This document shows positions 51,420 to 61,649 of a stretch of 64,000 nt of DNA, in pieces; the stretch's first letter is position 1; the number at the start of each line of letters is the position of its first letter. The stretch is from Solobacterium sp. UBA3303 (lineage in GTDB: Bacteria; Bacillota_I; Bacilli_A; Erysipelotrichales; Erysipelotrichaceae). The notes beneath the pieces are model-generated. The model had not been told where the DNA came from, did no database searches, and worked only from the letters and a program-made list of their open reading frames with translations. Position numbers and translations under genes: made by a program. Where the stretch lies: contig DESX01000013.1 in the NCBI GenBank assembly GCA_002362065.1, positions 1,567 through 65,566 of the forward strand. Reading direction: 5' to 3'.

Positions 51420-53393
51420 ATGATGGAACGTGAACGTCCTGTATTTCCAAAACGCGCTGTTGTAACAGGCGGTATGCCTTATGGCAATAAAACACTGCAT
51501 TTCGGCCATGTCGGCGGAATGTTCGTACATGCGGATGTCTTTGCCCGCTTTTTGAGAGACCGCATCGGAAAAGACAATGTCGTCTTCGTATCCGGTACGG
51601 ACTGCTACGGTTCGCCGATCGCGGAAGGTTACCGCAAGAAGGTCGAAGCAGAAGGCTACAAGGGAACGATCGAAGACTACGTCAATGAAAACCATGAAGC
51701 ACAGGAAAAGACTCTCAGGGATTACAAGATCTCCCTGGATCTTTTTGGCGCGTCAGGTCTTGGCGATACCAAGGAAATTCACCAGGAAGAGACCAACGAA
51801 TTCATCACGACTTTATATAAGAACGGCTGGCTGGAGAAGATGGTCACCAAACAGTTCTACGATCCGAAATACCACTGCTTCCTCAACGGCAGACAGGTCG
51901 TCGGCAAATGCCCGATCGAACACTGCCAGTCCGAGAAGGGCTATGCGGATGAGTGTGATCTCGGCCACCAGTACATGCCGGAAGAACTGATCGACCCGAA
52001 ATCAACCCTTTCCGGTGAGACGCCGGAGATGCGCGATGTCACCAACTGGTATTTCAAACTGACGGAATTCAACGATCTGCTCAAACAGTACGTTGAAGAC
52101 ATCAAGACGAAGAAGAACGAACGCAAGATCGTCGCCGAGACGATGGAAGAATCCCTTGGCGCACCGGTCATCTATATCCAGGAAAAGTTCCTCGATCAGT
52201 ACAAGGCGATCGAAGACAAGCTGCCGGCACATGAAAACTCCGACCTTGAAAACATCAAGGGCAGTTTCATCGTCACCTTCGACAAGCTTGAGCTTCGTGA
52301 AAAGGCCTGCCCGATCCTGACGGCTGCCAATATCCACTACCGTACCGGCAAGACACTGGTTCCGTTAAGACTTACGGGCAATATCGAATGGGGCGTCAAA
52401 GCGCCAAAGCTTGAAGACGAGGAAGACCTGACGGTCTGGGTATGGCCGGAGAGCCTCTGGGCACCGATCTCGTTCACCAAGGCCTACTTCAAGAGAAAAG
52501 GCATGCCGGATGATGAATGGAAGCGATTCTGGTGTGACAAGGAAGCGAAGGTCTTCCAGTTCATCGGTCAGGACAACATCTACTTCTATGGTGTTGCCCA
52601 AATGCCGCTTTGGATGGCACAGCAGGGAAGCAAGGATCTCACGATCCATCCGGAAAACGGAGACCTGCAGTTATCGACTCTGGTCGCCAACCACCACATC
52701 CTGTTTTTAGACAAGAAGGCATCCTCTTCCGGTTCGATCAAACCGCCGATGGCTGCCGACTTGCTGAACTACTATACAGCTGATCAGCTCAGGGCTCACT
52801 TCATTTCCCTGGCTCTTGGAAACAAGTCTGTCAGCTTCATGCCGCAGCCTTTGAATCCGGAAGCCAACACGAATGAACCGGATCCTGTCTTAGCGCAGGG
52901 CAACTTATACACCAACGTCCTCAACCGTATGGTCAGAGGCTGCTTCTACTCCGCACAGAAGTATTTCAATGGCGTACTTCCATATGGCGAGGTTTCTCAA
53001 CAGTACAAGCAGATCGCTGAGAGGACCATCCTCAACTACGAATCACACATGTATCGTTATGAACTCCACCAGGTCATGAACGATCTTGATTCCTATATCC
53101 GCAACGCATCGAAGTTCTGGTCAAAGAACTCAAACAACGAAGAAAACATCAGACAGACGCTGATCGATGCCTTCTATATGGTGAGAGTTGCGGCTGTACT
53201 TTCTCACCCGGTCGTACCGGATGGCTGTGAGAAGATCTGTGACTACCTTAATGTCGACCCTGACAAGTTCTTCAGCTGGGATCACATCTTTGAAGATATC
53301 TATGATCTTGTTGAAGACAAGGAAGATCACAAGCTCAAAGAGCTCAAGGAAAAAGAAGACTTCTATGTTAAACACCCAAGCCAGTTTAAGTAA
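51420..53393 (+). CDS. metG: Methionyl-tRNA synthetase, divergent
   Basis: TGGMPY, HFGH (HIGH), SGTDCYG, Zn-knuckle Cys, KASSS (KMSKS-like), anticodon-domain helices. Confidence 0.8.
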   Translation: MMERERPVFPKRAVVTGGMPYGNKTLHFGHVGGMFVHADVFARFLRDRIGKDNVVFVSGTDCYGSPIAEGYRKKVEAEGYKGTIEDYVNENHEAQEKTLRDYKISLDLFGASGLGDTKEIHQEETNEFITTLYKNGWLEKMVTKQFYDPKYHCFLNGRQVVGKCPIEHCQSEKGYADECDLGHQYMPEELIDPKSTLSGETPEMRDVTNWYFKLTEFNDLLKQYVEDIKTKKNERKIVAETMEESLGAPVIYIQEKFLDQYKAIEDKLPAHENSDLENIKGSFIVTFDKLELREKACPILTAANIHYRTGKTLVPLRLTGNIEWGVKAPKLEDEEDLTVWVWPESLWAPISFTKAYFKRKGMPDDEWKRFWCDKEAKVFQFIGQDNIYFYGVAQMPLWMAQQGSKDLTIHPENGDLQLSTLVANHHILFLDKKASSSGSIKPPMAADLLNYYTADQLRAHFISLALGNKSVSFMPQPLNPEANTNEPDPVLAQGNLYTNVLNRMVRGCFYSAQKYFNGVLPYGEVSQQYKQIAERTILNYESHMYRYELHQVMNDLDSYIRNASKFWSKNSNNEENIRQTLIDAFYMVRVAAVLSHPVVPDGCEKICDYLNVDPDKFFSWDHIFEDIYDLVEDKEDHKLKELKEKEDFYVKHPSQFK

Positions 53394-54471
53394 GACCAGG
53401 AAGCAGATCGAAAGCATCGCGATCACCAATAACATCGCCTTATCGGAAGATGATTCAGCTGTGATCATCATCGATCAGACAAAGATCCCCAATGCGCTGG
53501 AATACAAAAAGATCTCCGATCTCGAGTCGGCTTATGAGGCCATCAAAAAACTCGAAGTCCGGGGTGCTCCGGCGATCGGCATCTTTGCCGGCTACACGAT
53601 GTATGTGCTCGCACTAAAAAACAGGGATCTTTCCTATGAAGATTTCTATCAGGCTTTTGAAAGCGACAAGGAATATCTCAATTCTTCCCGTCCGACGGCG
53701 GTCAATCTTTCCTGGGCGTTGAACCGGATGGAAAAAGTCGTCACGGACAATAAGGAAAAGGGTGTTGAAGAGATCCTGTCCCTGCTGAAGGAAGAAGCCT
53801 TGAAGATCCACAATGAAGACATTGAAATGTGTCTGAAGATCTGTGAATACGGTTTATCCTTACTGAAGGATGGCGATGGCGTATTGACCCATTGCAATGC
53901 CGGTCCTTTGGCAACTTCCTACGGGACGGCGCAGGGGCCTTTCCTTCTTGCGAAGGCAAGAGGCATGAACATCAAAGTCTTTGCGGATGAGACAAGACCT
54001 CTGTTACAAGGAGCGAGGCTGACATCCTTTGAACTGAGCAGAGCGGGCGTCGATGTGACGCTGATCTGCGACAACATGGCTTCGATCGTCATGAAAAATG
54101 GCTGGATCAATGCCTGCTTTGTCGGCTGTGACCGCATCGCGGCGAATGGCGATGTGGCAAACAAGATCGGCACATCCGGTGTAGCGATCTTGGCGAAACA
54201 TTATGGCATACCTGTCTATTCTTTAGGACCGACTTCGACGATCGATATGAACTGCCCGGATGGCGATCATATAAAGATCGAACTGCGCGATCCCGATGAG
54301 ATCAAGGAAATGTGGTATGAAAGACCGATGGCACCAAAGGAAGTCAAGTGTTACAATCCTTCCTTCGATGTGACGGATCATGAATTATTGAGCGGCATCG
54401 TGACGGAAAAAGGCATCGTCTATCCGCCGTTTGATATCAACTTGAAGAAACTGTTTGATGAGGATCATTAG
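53365..54471 (+). CDS. mtnA: Methylthioribose-1-phosphate isomerase
   Basis: [47 protein letters not shown]. Start uncertain (ATG 53365 used). Confidence 0.92.
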   Translation: MLNTQASLSKTRKQIESIAITNNIALSEDDSAVIIIDQTKIPNALEYKKISDLESAYEAIKKLEVRGAPAIGIFAGYTMYVLALKNRDLSYEDFYQAFESDKEYLNSSRPTAVNLSWALNRMEKVVTDNKEKGVEEILSLLKEEALKIHNEDIEMCLKICEYGLSLLKDGDGVLTHCNAGPLATSYGTAQGPFLLAKARGMNIKVFADETRPLLQGARLTSFELSRAGVDVTLICDNMASIVMKNGWINACFVGCDRIAANGDVANKIGTSGVAILAKHYGIPVYSLGPTSTIDMNCPDGDHIKIELRDPDEIKEMWYERPMAPKEVKCYNPSFDVTDHELLSGIVTEKGIVYPPFDINLKKLFDEDH

Positions 54472-54886
54472 ATTATTTATCTATTATTCACTTCAGATGA
54501 CCTGGGGCATCCTGCAGAACGTCCTGGGTCTTTTCGTATGGCTCTACGTACTTGCGACCGGACCGAAAGAAAAAAGACACTTCTTCTACGGAGCCCTGGT
54601 GACCCGCTGGAATTCAAAAGCCTCGATGTCTCTGGGAATGTTCTTATTTCTGGGAACGGATGATGAACGGGTCATCGTCCATGAGTATGGGCACTCGATT
54701 CAGTCTTTGATCTTAGGACCATTCTATCTTCCGGTCATCGGCATCCCGTCCTTTATCTGGGCCAATTCGCCGCATTACATCCGCAACCGAAAAAGAGGAA
54801 GGTACAAGTACACTTCCTTCTATCCGGAAAAATGGGCAAATCATCTTGGCAGATTATTTACCGGCAAGATGCCGATCAATTATTGA
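54455..54886 (+). CDS. Small membrane protein with HExxH motif
   Basis: [18 protein letters not shown] motifs. Confidence 0.7.
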   Translation: MMRIIRLFIYYSLQMTWGILQNVLGLFVWLYVLATGPKEKRHFFYGALVTRWNSKASMSLGMFLFLGTDDERVIVHEYGHSIQSLILGPFYLPVIGIPSFIWANSPHYIRNRKRGRYKYTSFYPEKWANHLGRLFTGKMPINY

Positions 54887-55547
54887 GGATATAGGCGATC
54901 CCTTTGGCAGTCCTGAATTCAGGATCCTTGAAGTGATTCCCCTCATTCATCTCAAAAAATACGTGACATGTTTCATTAAGCTCAGAAGCGATCGTCCTTG
55001 TTTTATCTTCGACGGCAGCCATGAGCTTGTTTTTTGTATGGCTTTCCTGATCACCCAGGGAAAGATAGATCTGATCGACCTGTCTTGAAAGAGGATGACT
55101 TCTGGTGAATTCGTGAAAGTCCGGGTACCATAAGGAACCGGAGGCTGAAACGATCTTTTTGAAACGATCGCTTGTAAAAGCGGCATACAGGGCAAAAAGA
55201 CCCGCCAGGGAATAGCCGGCCAGGGCATGGTATGACGAGCGGATATCCATCTTCAAAAGTGCCTCTTCCACCGATGGAAGGATCTTCGTTTCAATGTATG
55301 AAAGATGTTCGTCTGCCTTTCCGGCAAAGGGTTTTGTTCCTTTGAAGACCGGTTTGCAATACCAGGGACTCAGATCATCGTTCCAGTCATTGACCGGGAT
55401 GGCGATCAAAACAAAATCCTTTTGTGTAAGTGAAGCGATCTCCTCAAAAAGGATCTTTCCTTCCTTGCGGTCGCTGTTGAGAAAGATGAACGGGATCTTT
55501 TCTTTATGGTTATTTCTGGTATAGATTTCACATTTTTCGATCTGCAT
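54876..55547 (-). CDS. Putative esterase (alpha/beta hydrolase)
   Basis: GYSLAG, SGSLW, GNHF; start ATG 55547. Confidence 0.85.
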   Translation of the reverse strand: MQIEKCEIYTRNNHKEKIPFIFLNSDRKEGKILFEEIASLTQKDFVLIAIPVNDWNDDLSPWYCKPVFKGTKPFAGKADEHLSYIETKILPSVEEALLKMDIRSSYHALAGYSLAGLFALYAAFTSDRFKKIVSASGSLWYPDFHEFTRSHPLSRQVDQIYLSLGDQESHTKNKLMAAVEDKTRTIASELNETCHVFFEMNEGNHFKDPEFRTAKGIAYILNN

Positions 55548-55548
55548 A

Positions 55549-56991
55549 TTACGATCTTGTTTCCTGTAAACGGATGACTTCCTTGTAGTAATCGACAGCC
55601 AGAGGCAGGGTATCGATATTGAGATTCTCATCGATGCCATGCATCTTCGATAACTGATCTCTTGAGACGTTGACCGGTTCGAAGCGGACGCAGGCGTCGA
55701 CATGTTTGTCATAGAACCTTGAATCCGTGCCACCCGTCACGACATATGGAAGGACACAGACGCCGGGGAAGACCTTTTCAATGGCTGTTTTGCATAAGGC
55801 AAATTGCAGACCGTTGAGGTCAAGGGAGCTTGTCGGATCGGTGCAGTTGACTTCCTCGACTTCCAGGTCATATTTTGAAGCGATCTTTCTGACGATTGCA
55901 AGTGACTCTTTTCTTCCTTCAAACGGGATGAAGCGCAGGTTGGCAGTGACATAGGCTTCCTGCGGGATGACGTTGTAGGCGTTGGATCCCTTCTGCATCG
56001 TGAAGCACATCGTCGTCTGCAGCATCGCCGCACCCTGGGATGAGATTGCCGGCATGACTTTCTTTAACAGCGGCTTGAACAGCCAGAGATTGTGGAAGAC
56101 CATCTTTAACGGGAAACTTTCGCAGTACGGTGCCAGCGTCTTCAGCATGCCTTCGACAGCCGGCGTGAATTCCACTTTGAATGGCGAATGGTTTTCGATC
56201 TCGGCTTCAAATTTCGCAAGTCTGGCGATCGGGGTGTTTTTGCCCGGGGAAGAGGAATGGCCGCCGTTTCCCTTGGCGATGATCTTAATGTCGCCATAGC
56301 CTTTTTCAAAGATGCCGACTGCGGCGAAGTTGCCTTTGACGCCGGGGATCGGATCTTCGGTGATCGTTCCGCCTTCATCGCAGACCATGTATGGCCGGAT
56401 GCCTTTATCGGTGAACCACTTTACGATCTTAGGTGCTCCATCGCCGCCGATCTCTTCGGTACAGCTTGAACCGAGATAGATATCACAATCCGGCACATAG
56501 CCGTCTTTGATCATCTCTTCGACCGCCTGATAGAAGGCGAAGACACCGCATTTGACATCGAAGCTTCCTCTTCCATGGATCACATCGTCCACGATCCGTC
56601 CTTCAAAAGGCGGATAGGTCCAATCTCCTTCGGCAGGTACGACATCAAGATGGCTGATCAGCACGATCGGTTTCTTGTCTTCACGTTTTCCTTTGTAGCG
56701 GACCAGAAGGTTTCCGTCGATATCGTATTTCTCACATTGGGCAAAGACATTCGGGAAGAGTCCTTCCATGACTTTGTGAAGTCTGCGGAACTTTTCCGGA
56801 TCTTCGATACCGCGATGGGATACCGTCTCCACCTGTATCATTTTCTGCAGTTTCAAAGCGTAGTCTTCAAAACGCTTCCGATCAGTGGAACCATGATAGA
56901 TGGATGTCTTTTTTTCAAGAAACAATGCGCGCAATGCGGCAACGCCAAGTGCGATCACCAGTAAAGCGATCAGTATCAGGATGATCTTCAT
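55549..56991 (-). CDS. M20 family metallopeptidase/aminoacylase
   Basis: SHLDVVP, GRGSFDVK, TEE, DEGG, GHSS, GGTD, HGIDE; N-terminal anchor. Confidence 0.92.
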   Translation of the reverse strand: MKIILILIALLVIALGVAALRALFLEKKTSIYHGSTDRKRFEDYALKLQKMIQVETVSHRGIEDPEKFRRLHKVMEGLFPNVFAQCEKYDIDGNLLVRYKGKREDKKPIVLISHLDVVPAEGDWTYPPFEGRIVDDVIHGRGSFDVKCGVFAFYQAVEEMIKDGYVPDCDIYLGSSCTEEIGGDGAPKIVKWFTDKGIRPYMVCDEGGTITEDPIPGVKGNFAAVGIFEKGYGDIKIIAKGNGGHSSSPGKNTPIARLAKFEAEIENHSPFKVEFTPAVEGMLKTLAPYCESFPLKMVFHNLWLFKPLLKKVMPAISSQGAAMLQTTMCFTMQKGSNAYNVIPQEAYVTANLRFIPFEGRKESLAIVRKIASKYDLEVEEVNCTDPTSSLDLNGLQFALCKTAIEKVFPGVCVLPYVVTGGTDSRFYDKHVDACVRFEPVNVSRDQLSKMHGIDENLNIDTLPLAVDYYKEVIRLQETRS

Positions 56992-57074
56992 AGCAGGCAC
57001 CTCTTTTCTTTCATTATAAGCTTTGACAGGAATGAATTGAAATTGGCGAATAAAAATGATAATATACTAGTGCT

Positions 57075-57151
57075 GTCCATGTAGCTCAGTTGGATAGAGC
57101 ATCCGCCTTCTAAGCGGACGGTCGGGAGTTCGAGTCTCTCCATGGACGCCA
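57075..57151 (+). tRNA. tRNA-Arg (anticodon TCT)
   Basis: Acceptor gtccatg/catggac, anticodon arm tccgc-ctTCTaa-gcgga, T loop ttcgagt, CCA end; 77 nt. Confidence 0.96.
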
Positions 57152-57163
57152 CTTTGAAAAATG

Positions 57164-57187
57164 ACACCTGATAAAAGGTGTTTTTTT
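57164..57187 (+). terminator. tRNA terminator
   Basis: acacct-gataaa-aggtgt followed by a T tract. Confidence 0.8.
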
Positions 57188-57304
57188 AATGTCTGTGTTG
57201 TAATTGATCGATCACTTCACACTTTCTTTAGCTTTTTTCATATGTCAGAGAAGAAAAAAATCTCCGGCCGGAAGCAGGAAAGAAGAAACAATGTTATAAA
57301 TATC

Positions 57305-57350
57305 TTGACAGAATTGTATGAATGTATTAATGTATTAATGTATTAATACA
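57305..57350 (+). promoter_or_regulatory. Promoter (TTGACA) with YtrA/GntR-type palindromic operator inside tandem AATGTATT repeats
   Basis: TTGACA 57305-57310; TGTATTAA-tgta-TTAATACA 57331-57350. Confidence 0.75.
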
Positions 57351-57366
57351 AATGAAAGGACGAACT

Positions 57367-57726
57367 ATGGAATGGAAATTCTTGGATGATATTCCGATCT
57401 ATTTGCAGATCATAGAGCGGATAAAAGTCGATATCGTATCCGGCAGGTATGCATCCGGTGACAAGCTTCCGGCAGTGCGGGATCTGGCCACGGAGGCGGG
57501 AGTCAATCCCAACACCGTGCAAAGAGCCTTCCAGGAACTGGAACGGCAGGGTCTCGTACAAAGCGAAAGGACATCGGGCAGATACGTATCGATCGATGAT
57601 GAAAAAAAGAAAGAGCTTCAAAGAGATCTTTCACAGGACTGCATCAGGAAACTCTTTGAAGACTTGCGAAACCTGGGCATGGATGATCAGATGATCAAGG
57701 ATGCCGTTGGCAAATGGGAGGAATGA
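57367..57726 (+). CDS. GntR family (YtrA subfamily) regulator
   Basis: PIYLQI, LPAVRDLA, VNPNTVQRAF; short C-terminus. Confidence 0.93.
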   Translation: MEWKFLDDIPIYLQIIERIKVDIVSGRYASGDKLPAVRDLATEAGVNPNTVQRAFQELERQGLVQSERTSGRYVSIDDEKKKELQRDLSQDCIRKLFEDLRNLGMDDQMIKDAVGKWEE

Positions 57727-57728
57727 AT

Positions 57729-58424
57729 ATGGAAACATTGGTATGTGAAGGCCTTTGCAAGGACTACGGTTCGATCAAGGCCTTGAATCATGTCGATCTG
57801 TCACTGAGCGAAGGAAAGATCGTCGGACTGCTGGGACCAAACGGTTCGGGCAAGACGACGCTGATCAAGATGGCTTCAAGACTGCTGGTACCAAGTGCCG
57901 GAAAGATCACGATCTGCGGCGAAGTGCCAAGCGAAAAGACCAAGGCGATCGTATCCTATCTTCCGGACAGGAACGTTTTGCCGGAGTATATGAACTGTGA
58001 TGAACTGGTGCAGATGTATCAGGATTTCTTTTCCGATTTTGAATCGGGGAGGGCATATGAGATGCTGGGATCACTGGATATCGATCCGAAGATGCCTTTG
58101 CGCAAGATGTCCAAGGGCACCAGGGAAAAGGTACAGCTGATCCTGACGATGTCAAGAAGGGCAAAGCTCTATCTGCTCGATGAGCCGATCGCCGGTGTCG
58201 ATCCGGCAGCCAGGGATTATATCTTGCGCACGATCATCTCCAATTACGATGAAAATGCGACGGTACTGATCTCGACGCATCTGATCGCAGATGTCGAGAA
58301 TGTCCTTGATGAAGCCATCTTTCTGAAGGAAGGCAGGATCATCCTGCACGAGAATGCGGATGAATTGAAAGAAAAAACAGGAAAGAGTATCGATGAATAT
58401 TTCAGGGAGGTCTTCGCATGTTAG
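57729..58424 (+). CDS. ABC transporter ATP-binding protein (YtrB-like)
   Basis: GPNGSGKT, MSKG, LLDEP; SD ggagga. Confidence 0.92.
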   Translation: METLVCEGLCKDYGSIKALNHVDLSLSEGKIVGLLGPNGSGKTTLIKMASRLLVPSAGKITICGEVPSEKTKAIVSYLPDRNVLPEYMNCDELVQMYQDFFSDFESGRAYEMLGSLDIDPKMPLRKMSKGTREKVQLILTMSRRAKLYLLDEPIAGVDPAARDYILRTIISNYDENATVLISTHLIADVENVLDEAIFLKEGRIILHENADELKEKTGKSIDEYFREVFAC

Positions 58425-59155
58425 GAAAACTGATCAAATATGATTTCAAAGCACTTGCGAAAAACATGTTTCCGATCTACGCATTGATGATCGCACTGAC
58501 ATTTGCGTGTTCACTGATGATCCGTTTCAACCTGGAACGCAGTTTTGTTTTCGGTATCGCGATGTTTGCCTGGGTCGTATCGATGTCTTCTTCTTTTGCG
58601 ATCACGATCTGGATGACCGTCATGCGTTTCTACCACGGCTTATTGAAGAATGAAGGCTATCTGTCCTTTGCCCTGCCGGTAAAGACGGCGACCCATATCC
58701 TGGCCAAGGCTTTCAACGCCCTCATCTGGGCGGTGGTCGAAGTGATCGCCCTGGGGATCTGCGCTCTGATATTTGCCTTTACGGTCGCGCCGCTCAGGGA
58801 TCTGATGGAAGCATTCAAATACTTCTTTACGATCGATGCGGATTTCTATCTGATGTTATTGCAGATGGCGCTGCTTGGTGCACTGGAACTGCTGGCTGGC
58901 GACTGCCTGTTCTTTGCGGCTTTTTCGATCGCGCATCTGTTTGACAGGCACCAGAAGCTGATCGCCGGAGTATTCGTGGTATTGATGTTTATCTTAAGGG
59001 GCTTCCTGTTCCCGCCACGCTTCTCGATGGAGTTTGGCCCGGGATCGGAATTCGTCCTTCTGCATCCGCTTCTGTTCATCATTCCGCTTGCACTGACAAT
59101 CGTATACTCCCTTGTGACCTGGTATATCCTTGATAAAAAACTCAACCTGCAATGA
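58418..59155 (+). CDS. ABC-2 type permease
   Basis: 6 TM segments; EGYLSFALPV motif. Confidence 0.85.
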   Translation: MLGKLIKYDFKALAKNMFPIYALMIALTFACSLMIRFNLERSFVFGIAMFAWVVSMSSSFAITIWMTVMRFYHGLLKNEGYLSFALPVKTATHILAKAFNALIWAVVEVIALGICALIFAFTVAPLRDLMEAFKYFFTIDADFYLMLLQMALLGALELLAGDCLFFAAFSIAHLFDRHQKLIAGVFVVLMFILRGFLFPPRFSMEFGPGSEFVLLHPLLFIIPLALTIVYSLVTWYILDKKLNLQ

Positions 59156-59871
59156 CGAAAAAACTGCTGACATTTGTTTTCATCCTTCTTCTGATGATCG
59201 CAGCCTGCCTGGGCTTTCTGGGCTATCAGGGCTACATCCGCTATCAAAGGGAGATCGAAAAGCTGCCGATACAGGAAGCGGTGAAAGCTTATACGGAAAA
59301 AGAAGACTATGTCACGTTTGAGCAGATCGATGAAGACTTCGTCAATGCGGTCATCGCTGTGGAAGACAAGCGTTTCTTTACAAGAAAGGGTTATGATCTG
59401 ATCGCTCTTGTCAGGGCACTCTGGCACAATATCCGTTACAAGGATCTTGTGGAAGGGGGTTCGACCATCTCCGAGCAGATCGCCAAGAACCTGTATCTGG
59501 AAGGCTATGTCGATGGTCTGGAAGAAAAGGCGGCAGAGATCTTCCTGATGTTTGATCTGGAAAGACACTTTTCCAAGAAAGAACTCTTTGCCTTATACGC
59601 CAATATGAATTACTATGGCGATGGCTACTGGGGCATCGCACAGGCATGCGAAGGCTACTATGGCCTGAAACCGGATGAACTGTCCCTGGCTAAGGCTGCC
59701 ATCCTGGCGGGCATCCCCAATGCGCCAGCCATCTACCAGCTTTCCGATGGCTATCAATATGCCAAAGAAAGGCAGGCCTGGGTCTTACAGACGATGCTGA
59801 ACAACGAAATGATCACAGAGTCTGAAATGGAAGAGGCCCTGAAGGAAGATGTTAAACCAATAGAAAAATGA
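59152..59871 (+). CDS. Monofunctional peptidoglycan transglycosylase (GT51)
   Basis: EDKRF, GGSTISEQIAKN, K..E, Y.N..YYG motifs; no transpeptidase domain. Confidence 0.92.
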   Translation: MTKKLLTFVFILLLMIAACLGFLGYQGYIRYQREIEKLPIQEAVKAYTEKEDYVTFEQIDEDFVNAVIAVEDKRFFTRKGYDLIALVRALWHNIRYKDLVEGGSTISEQIAKNLYLEGYVDGLEEKAAEIFLMFDLERHFSKKELFALYANMNYYGDGYWGIAQACEGYYGLKPDELSLAKAAILAGIPNAPAIYQLSDGYQYAKERQAWVLQTMLNNEMITESEMEEALKEDVKPIEK

Positions 59872-59896
59872 GAGTCTCACTAACGAGACTCTCTTT
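59870..59896. terminator. Hairpin between convergent genes
   Basis: gagagtctc-actaac-gagactctc. Confidence 0.7.
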
Positions 59897-60578
59897 CATT
59901 CAGAAAACCTTTGAGTATTTCAATGGAAGCGGAAGTGCCGATCCTTTCGGCTCCGGCTTCCAGCATCTTTTTGCAGGTATCCCAGTCGCGGATCCCGCCG
60001 GCAGCTTTGACTTTGACTTCTTCGCCAACCGTTTCCTTCATCAGTTTTACATCTTCAACAGTTGCCCCGGATGTTCCAAAACCGGTCGATGTCTTGATGA
60101 AATCGGGCTTTACCTTCTTTGCGATCAGGGCAGCCTGTTTTATCTCTTCCTTGCTGAGATAGCAGTTTTCGAAGATGACTTTGACAAGTATATTGTTCTG
60201 ATGACAGATATCGGTGATGGCCTTCATCTCTTCTTCAATGTATTGAAGATCGCCATCCTTGAGTTTTCCGACATTTAGGACATAGTCGATCTCATCGGCA
60301 CCTTCCTCGATCGCCTTTTTCGTTTCAAAGCATTTGGTTTCGATGCTGGTCTGTCCCAGAGGGAAACTGATGGCTGCACCGACATGGATGTCCGTACCTT
60401 CAAGAAGCTTTTTGCATAACGGGACCGGATAAGAATTGATGGCAACCATTTTGAAATGGTATTGTTTTGCCTCGGTGCAGAGCTTTTCAAAATCGGCTCG
60501 TTTTGCGTAGGCTTTTAAGAAGGTGTGGTCAAACAGCTGACACAGCTTGTCGCGATCAAGTGTTTCAATATCGATCAT
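59880..60578 (-). CDS. deoC: Deoxyribose-phosphate aldolase
   Basis: DHT.L, FPLG, GADEID, KVIFE, IKTSTG, KAAGGIR, RIGTS. True start ATG 60578. Confidence 0.95.
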   Translation of the reverse strand: MIDIETLDRDKLCQLFDHTFLKAYAKRADFEKLCTEAKQYHFKMVAINSYPVPLCKKLLEGTDIHVGAAISFPLGQTSIETKCFETKKAIEEGADEIDYVLNVGKLKDGDLQYIEEEMKAITDICHQNNILVKVIFENCYLSKEEIKQAALIAKKVKPDFIKTSTGFGTSGATVEDVKLMKETVGEEVKVKAAGGIRDWDTCKKMLEAGAERIGTSASIEILKGFLNERESR

Positions 60579-61549
60579 AACTGCTCCCGAAATGCGTCGA
60601 TGAAGATCTTCGAGAAAAGCTTCGGATCGCCGTTGAAGGCAAAATACACGTTCCGGTTTTCCTGCTTTGCCCGCTGGTCGACGCAGGTCTGACCTTCCGT
60701 GAGACCGGAAAGGGAAACTTCGACATTGCAGAATTTCACATCCTTTAAAACATCCCTGTCGATCAGATAGGCGATGCAAAGCGGATCGTGAAGGGCACAG
60801 GAATGAGGAACTTTTAGAGGCTGGGCATAGTCGTGGACCTTGATGCGCCGTTCGATCAGATCGGCCGCAAAGACGGAAGCCGGTGTGTTGATCTGCTTGA
60901 GTTTTTCGCAATCCTCCTGCGTAATGTAGGCGGCATGGGTCGCATCGAGCGGGACCATCGTGATCTTTGCGCCGCAGTGAAGGACTCTTTGCGCCGCTTC
61001 CGGATCATCATAGATATTGAATTCGGCAGCTAGCGTGGCGTTTGTGATGTTCCAGCCGCCGCCCATGATGACGATTTCTTCGATGTTTTTGACGATATCC
61101 GGTTCCATGACCAAAGCTACCGCAAGATTGGTCAGAGGCCCGACGGCAACGATCGTGACCGGTTCTTTGGCGTTTTTGAAATATTCGACATAGAAGTTTG
61201 GCGCGTTGAGCGTTTCGATCCTTCCATCCGATGCAGGAAGGTCAAAAAGTTCCTGGTGGATGTGGATCTTGTTTCCTTTCTCGTCGTAGGCGTCCGCATT
61301 GGCCGTCGGCGGGATGCGCGGATAAACGACATTTTTGACTAAGGATCCGGAACATCCTTTGTAGACCGGGAAATCTGCGTGCAGCAAATCCCTGATGCGC
61401 AGTGTGTTTTCCGTCGTGTATTGAATCGGCTGGTTTCCTTTGACGGTGCATACGCCGATCAGATCGATATCCTTGTGTAAGTATGCCAGCATGACCGCGC
61501 AGGCATCATCGGATCCGGTATCAACGTCGAGTATGATCTTTCTTGGCAT
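60575..61549 (-). CDS. Nucleoside hydrolase (IU-NH family)
   Basis: DVDTGSDDA, GPLTN, AEFNIYDDPEAA, LHDP motifs. Confidence 0.93.
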   Translation of the reverse strand: MPRKIILDVDTGSDDACAVMLAYLHKDIDLIGVCTVKGNQPIQYTTENTLRIRDLLHADFPVYKGCSGSLVKNVVYPRIPPTANADAYDEKGNKIHIHQELFDLPASDGRIETLNAPNFYVEYFKNAKEPVTIVAVGPLTNLAVALVMEPDIVKNIEEIVIMGGGWNITNATLAAEFNIYDDPEAAQRVLHCGAKITMVPLDATHAAYITQEDCEKLKQINTPASVFAADLIERRIKVHDYAQPLKVPHSCALHDPLCIAYLIDRDVLKDVKFCNVEVSLSGLTEGQTCVDQRAKQENRNVYFAFNGDPKLFSKIFIDAFREQL

Positions 61550-61561
61550 GGTTTCTCTCCT

Positions 61562-61594
61562 TAAAAAGAAGGAGGAACGATCCTGTTCCTCCTT
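61562..61594 (-). terminator. Terminator after rubrerythrin, abutting the next RBS
   Basis: Minus strand aaggaggaac-aggatc-gttcctcctt-cttttt. Confidence 0.75.
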
Positions 61595-61649
61595 ATGGTA
61601 CGTAAGAGTTTACTGATCTGTTTCAGATCAATCGGTTTGAGTTGGCGAT

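Noticed and set aside
53188..53364. Long N-terminal extension of MtnA
   Set aside because: It lies inside the metG coding region and does not look protein-like; the start is placed downstream.
55548..55733. N-terminal extension of the esterase ORF
   Set aside because: Overlaps the M20 peptidase 3' end; ATG 55547 directly follows its stop.
57075..57304. tRNA-Arg (and tRNA-Pro) as integration sites for an island
   Set aside because: No integrase and no duplicated tRNA 3' end noticed; flanking genes look native.
57313..57350. Tandem repeats as a CRISPR remnant
   Set aside because: 8-nt units without spacers; better explained as a GntR/YtrA operator.
59880..60911. 343-aa ORF suggesting an N-terminally extended DeoC
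   Set aside because: The extension overlaps the nucleoside hydrolase in another frame; DeoC homology starts at ATG 60578, which has an SD (ggag).
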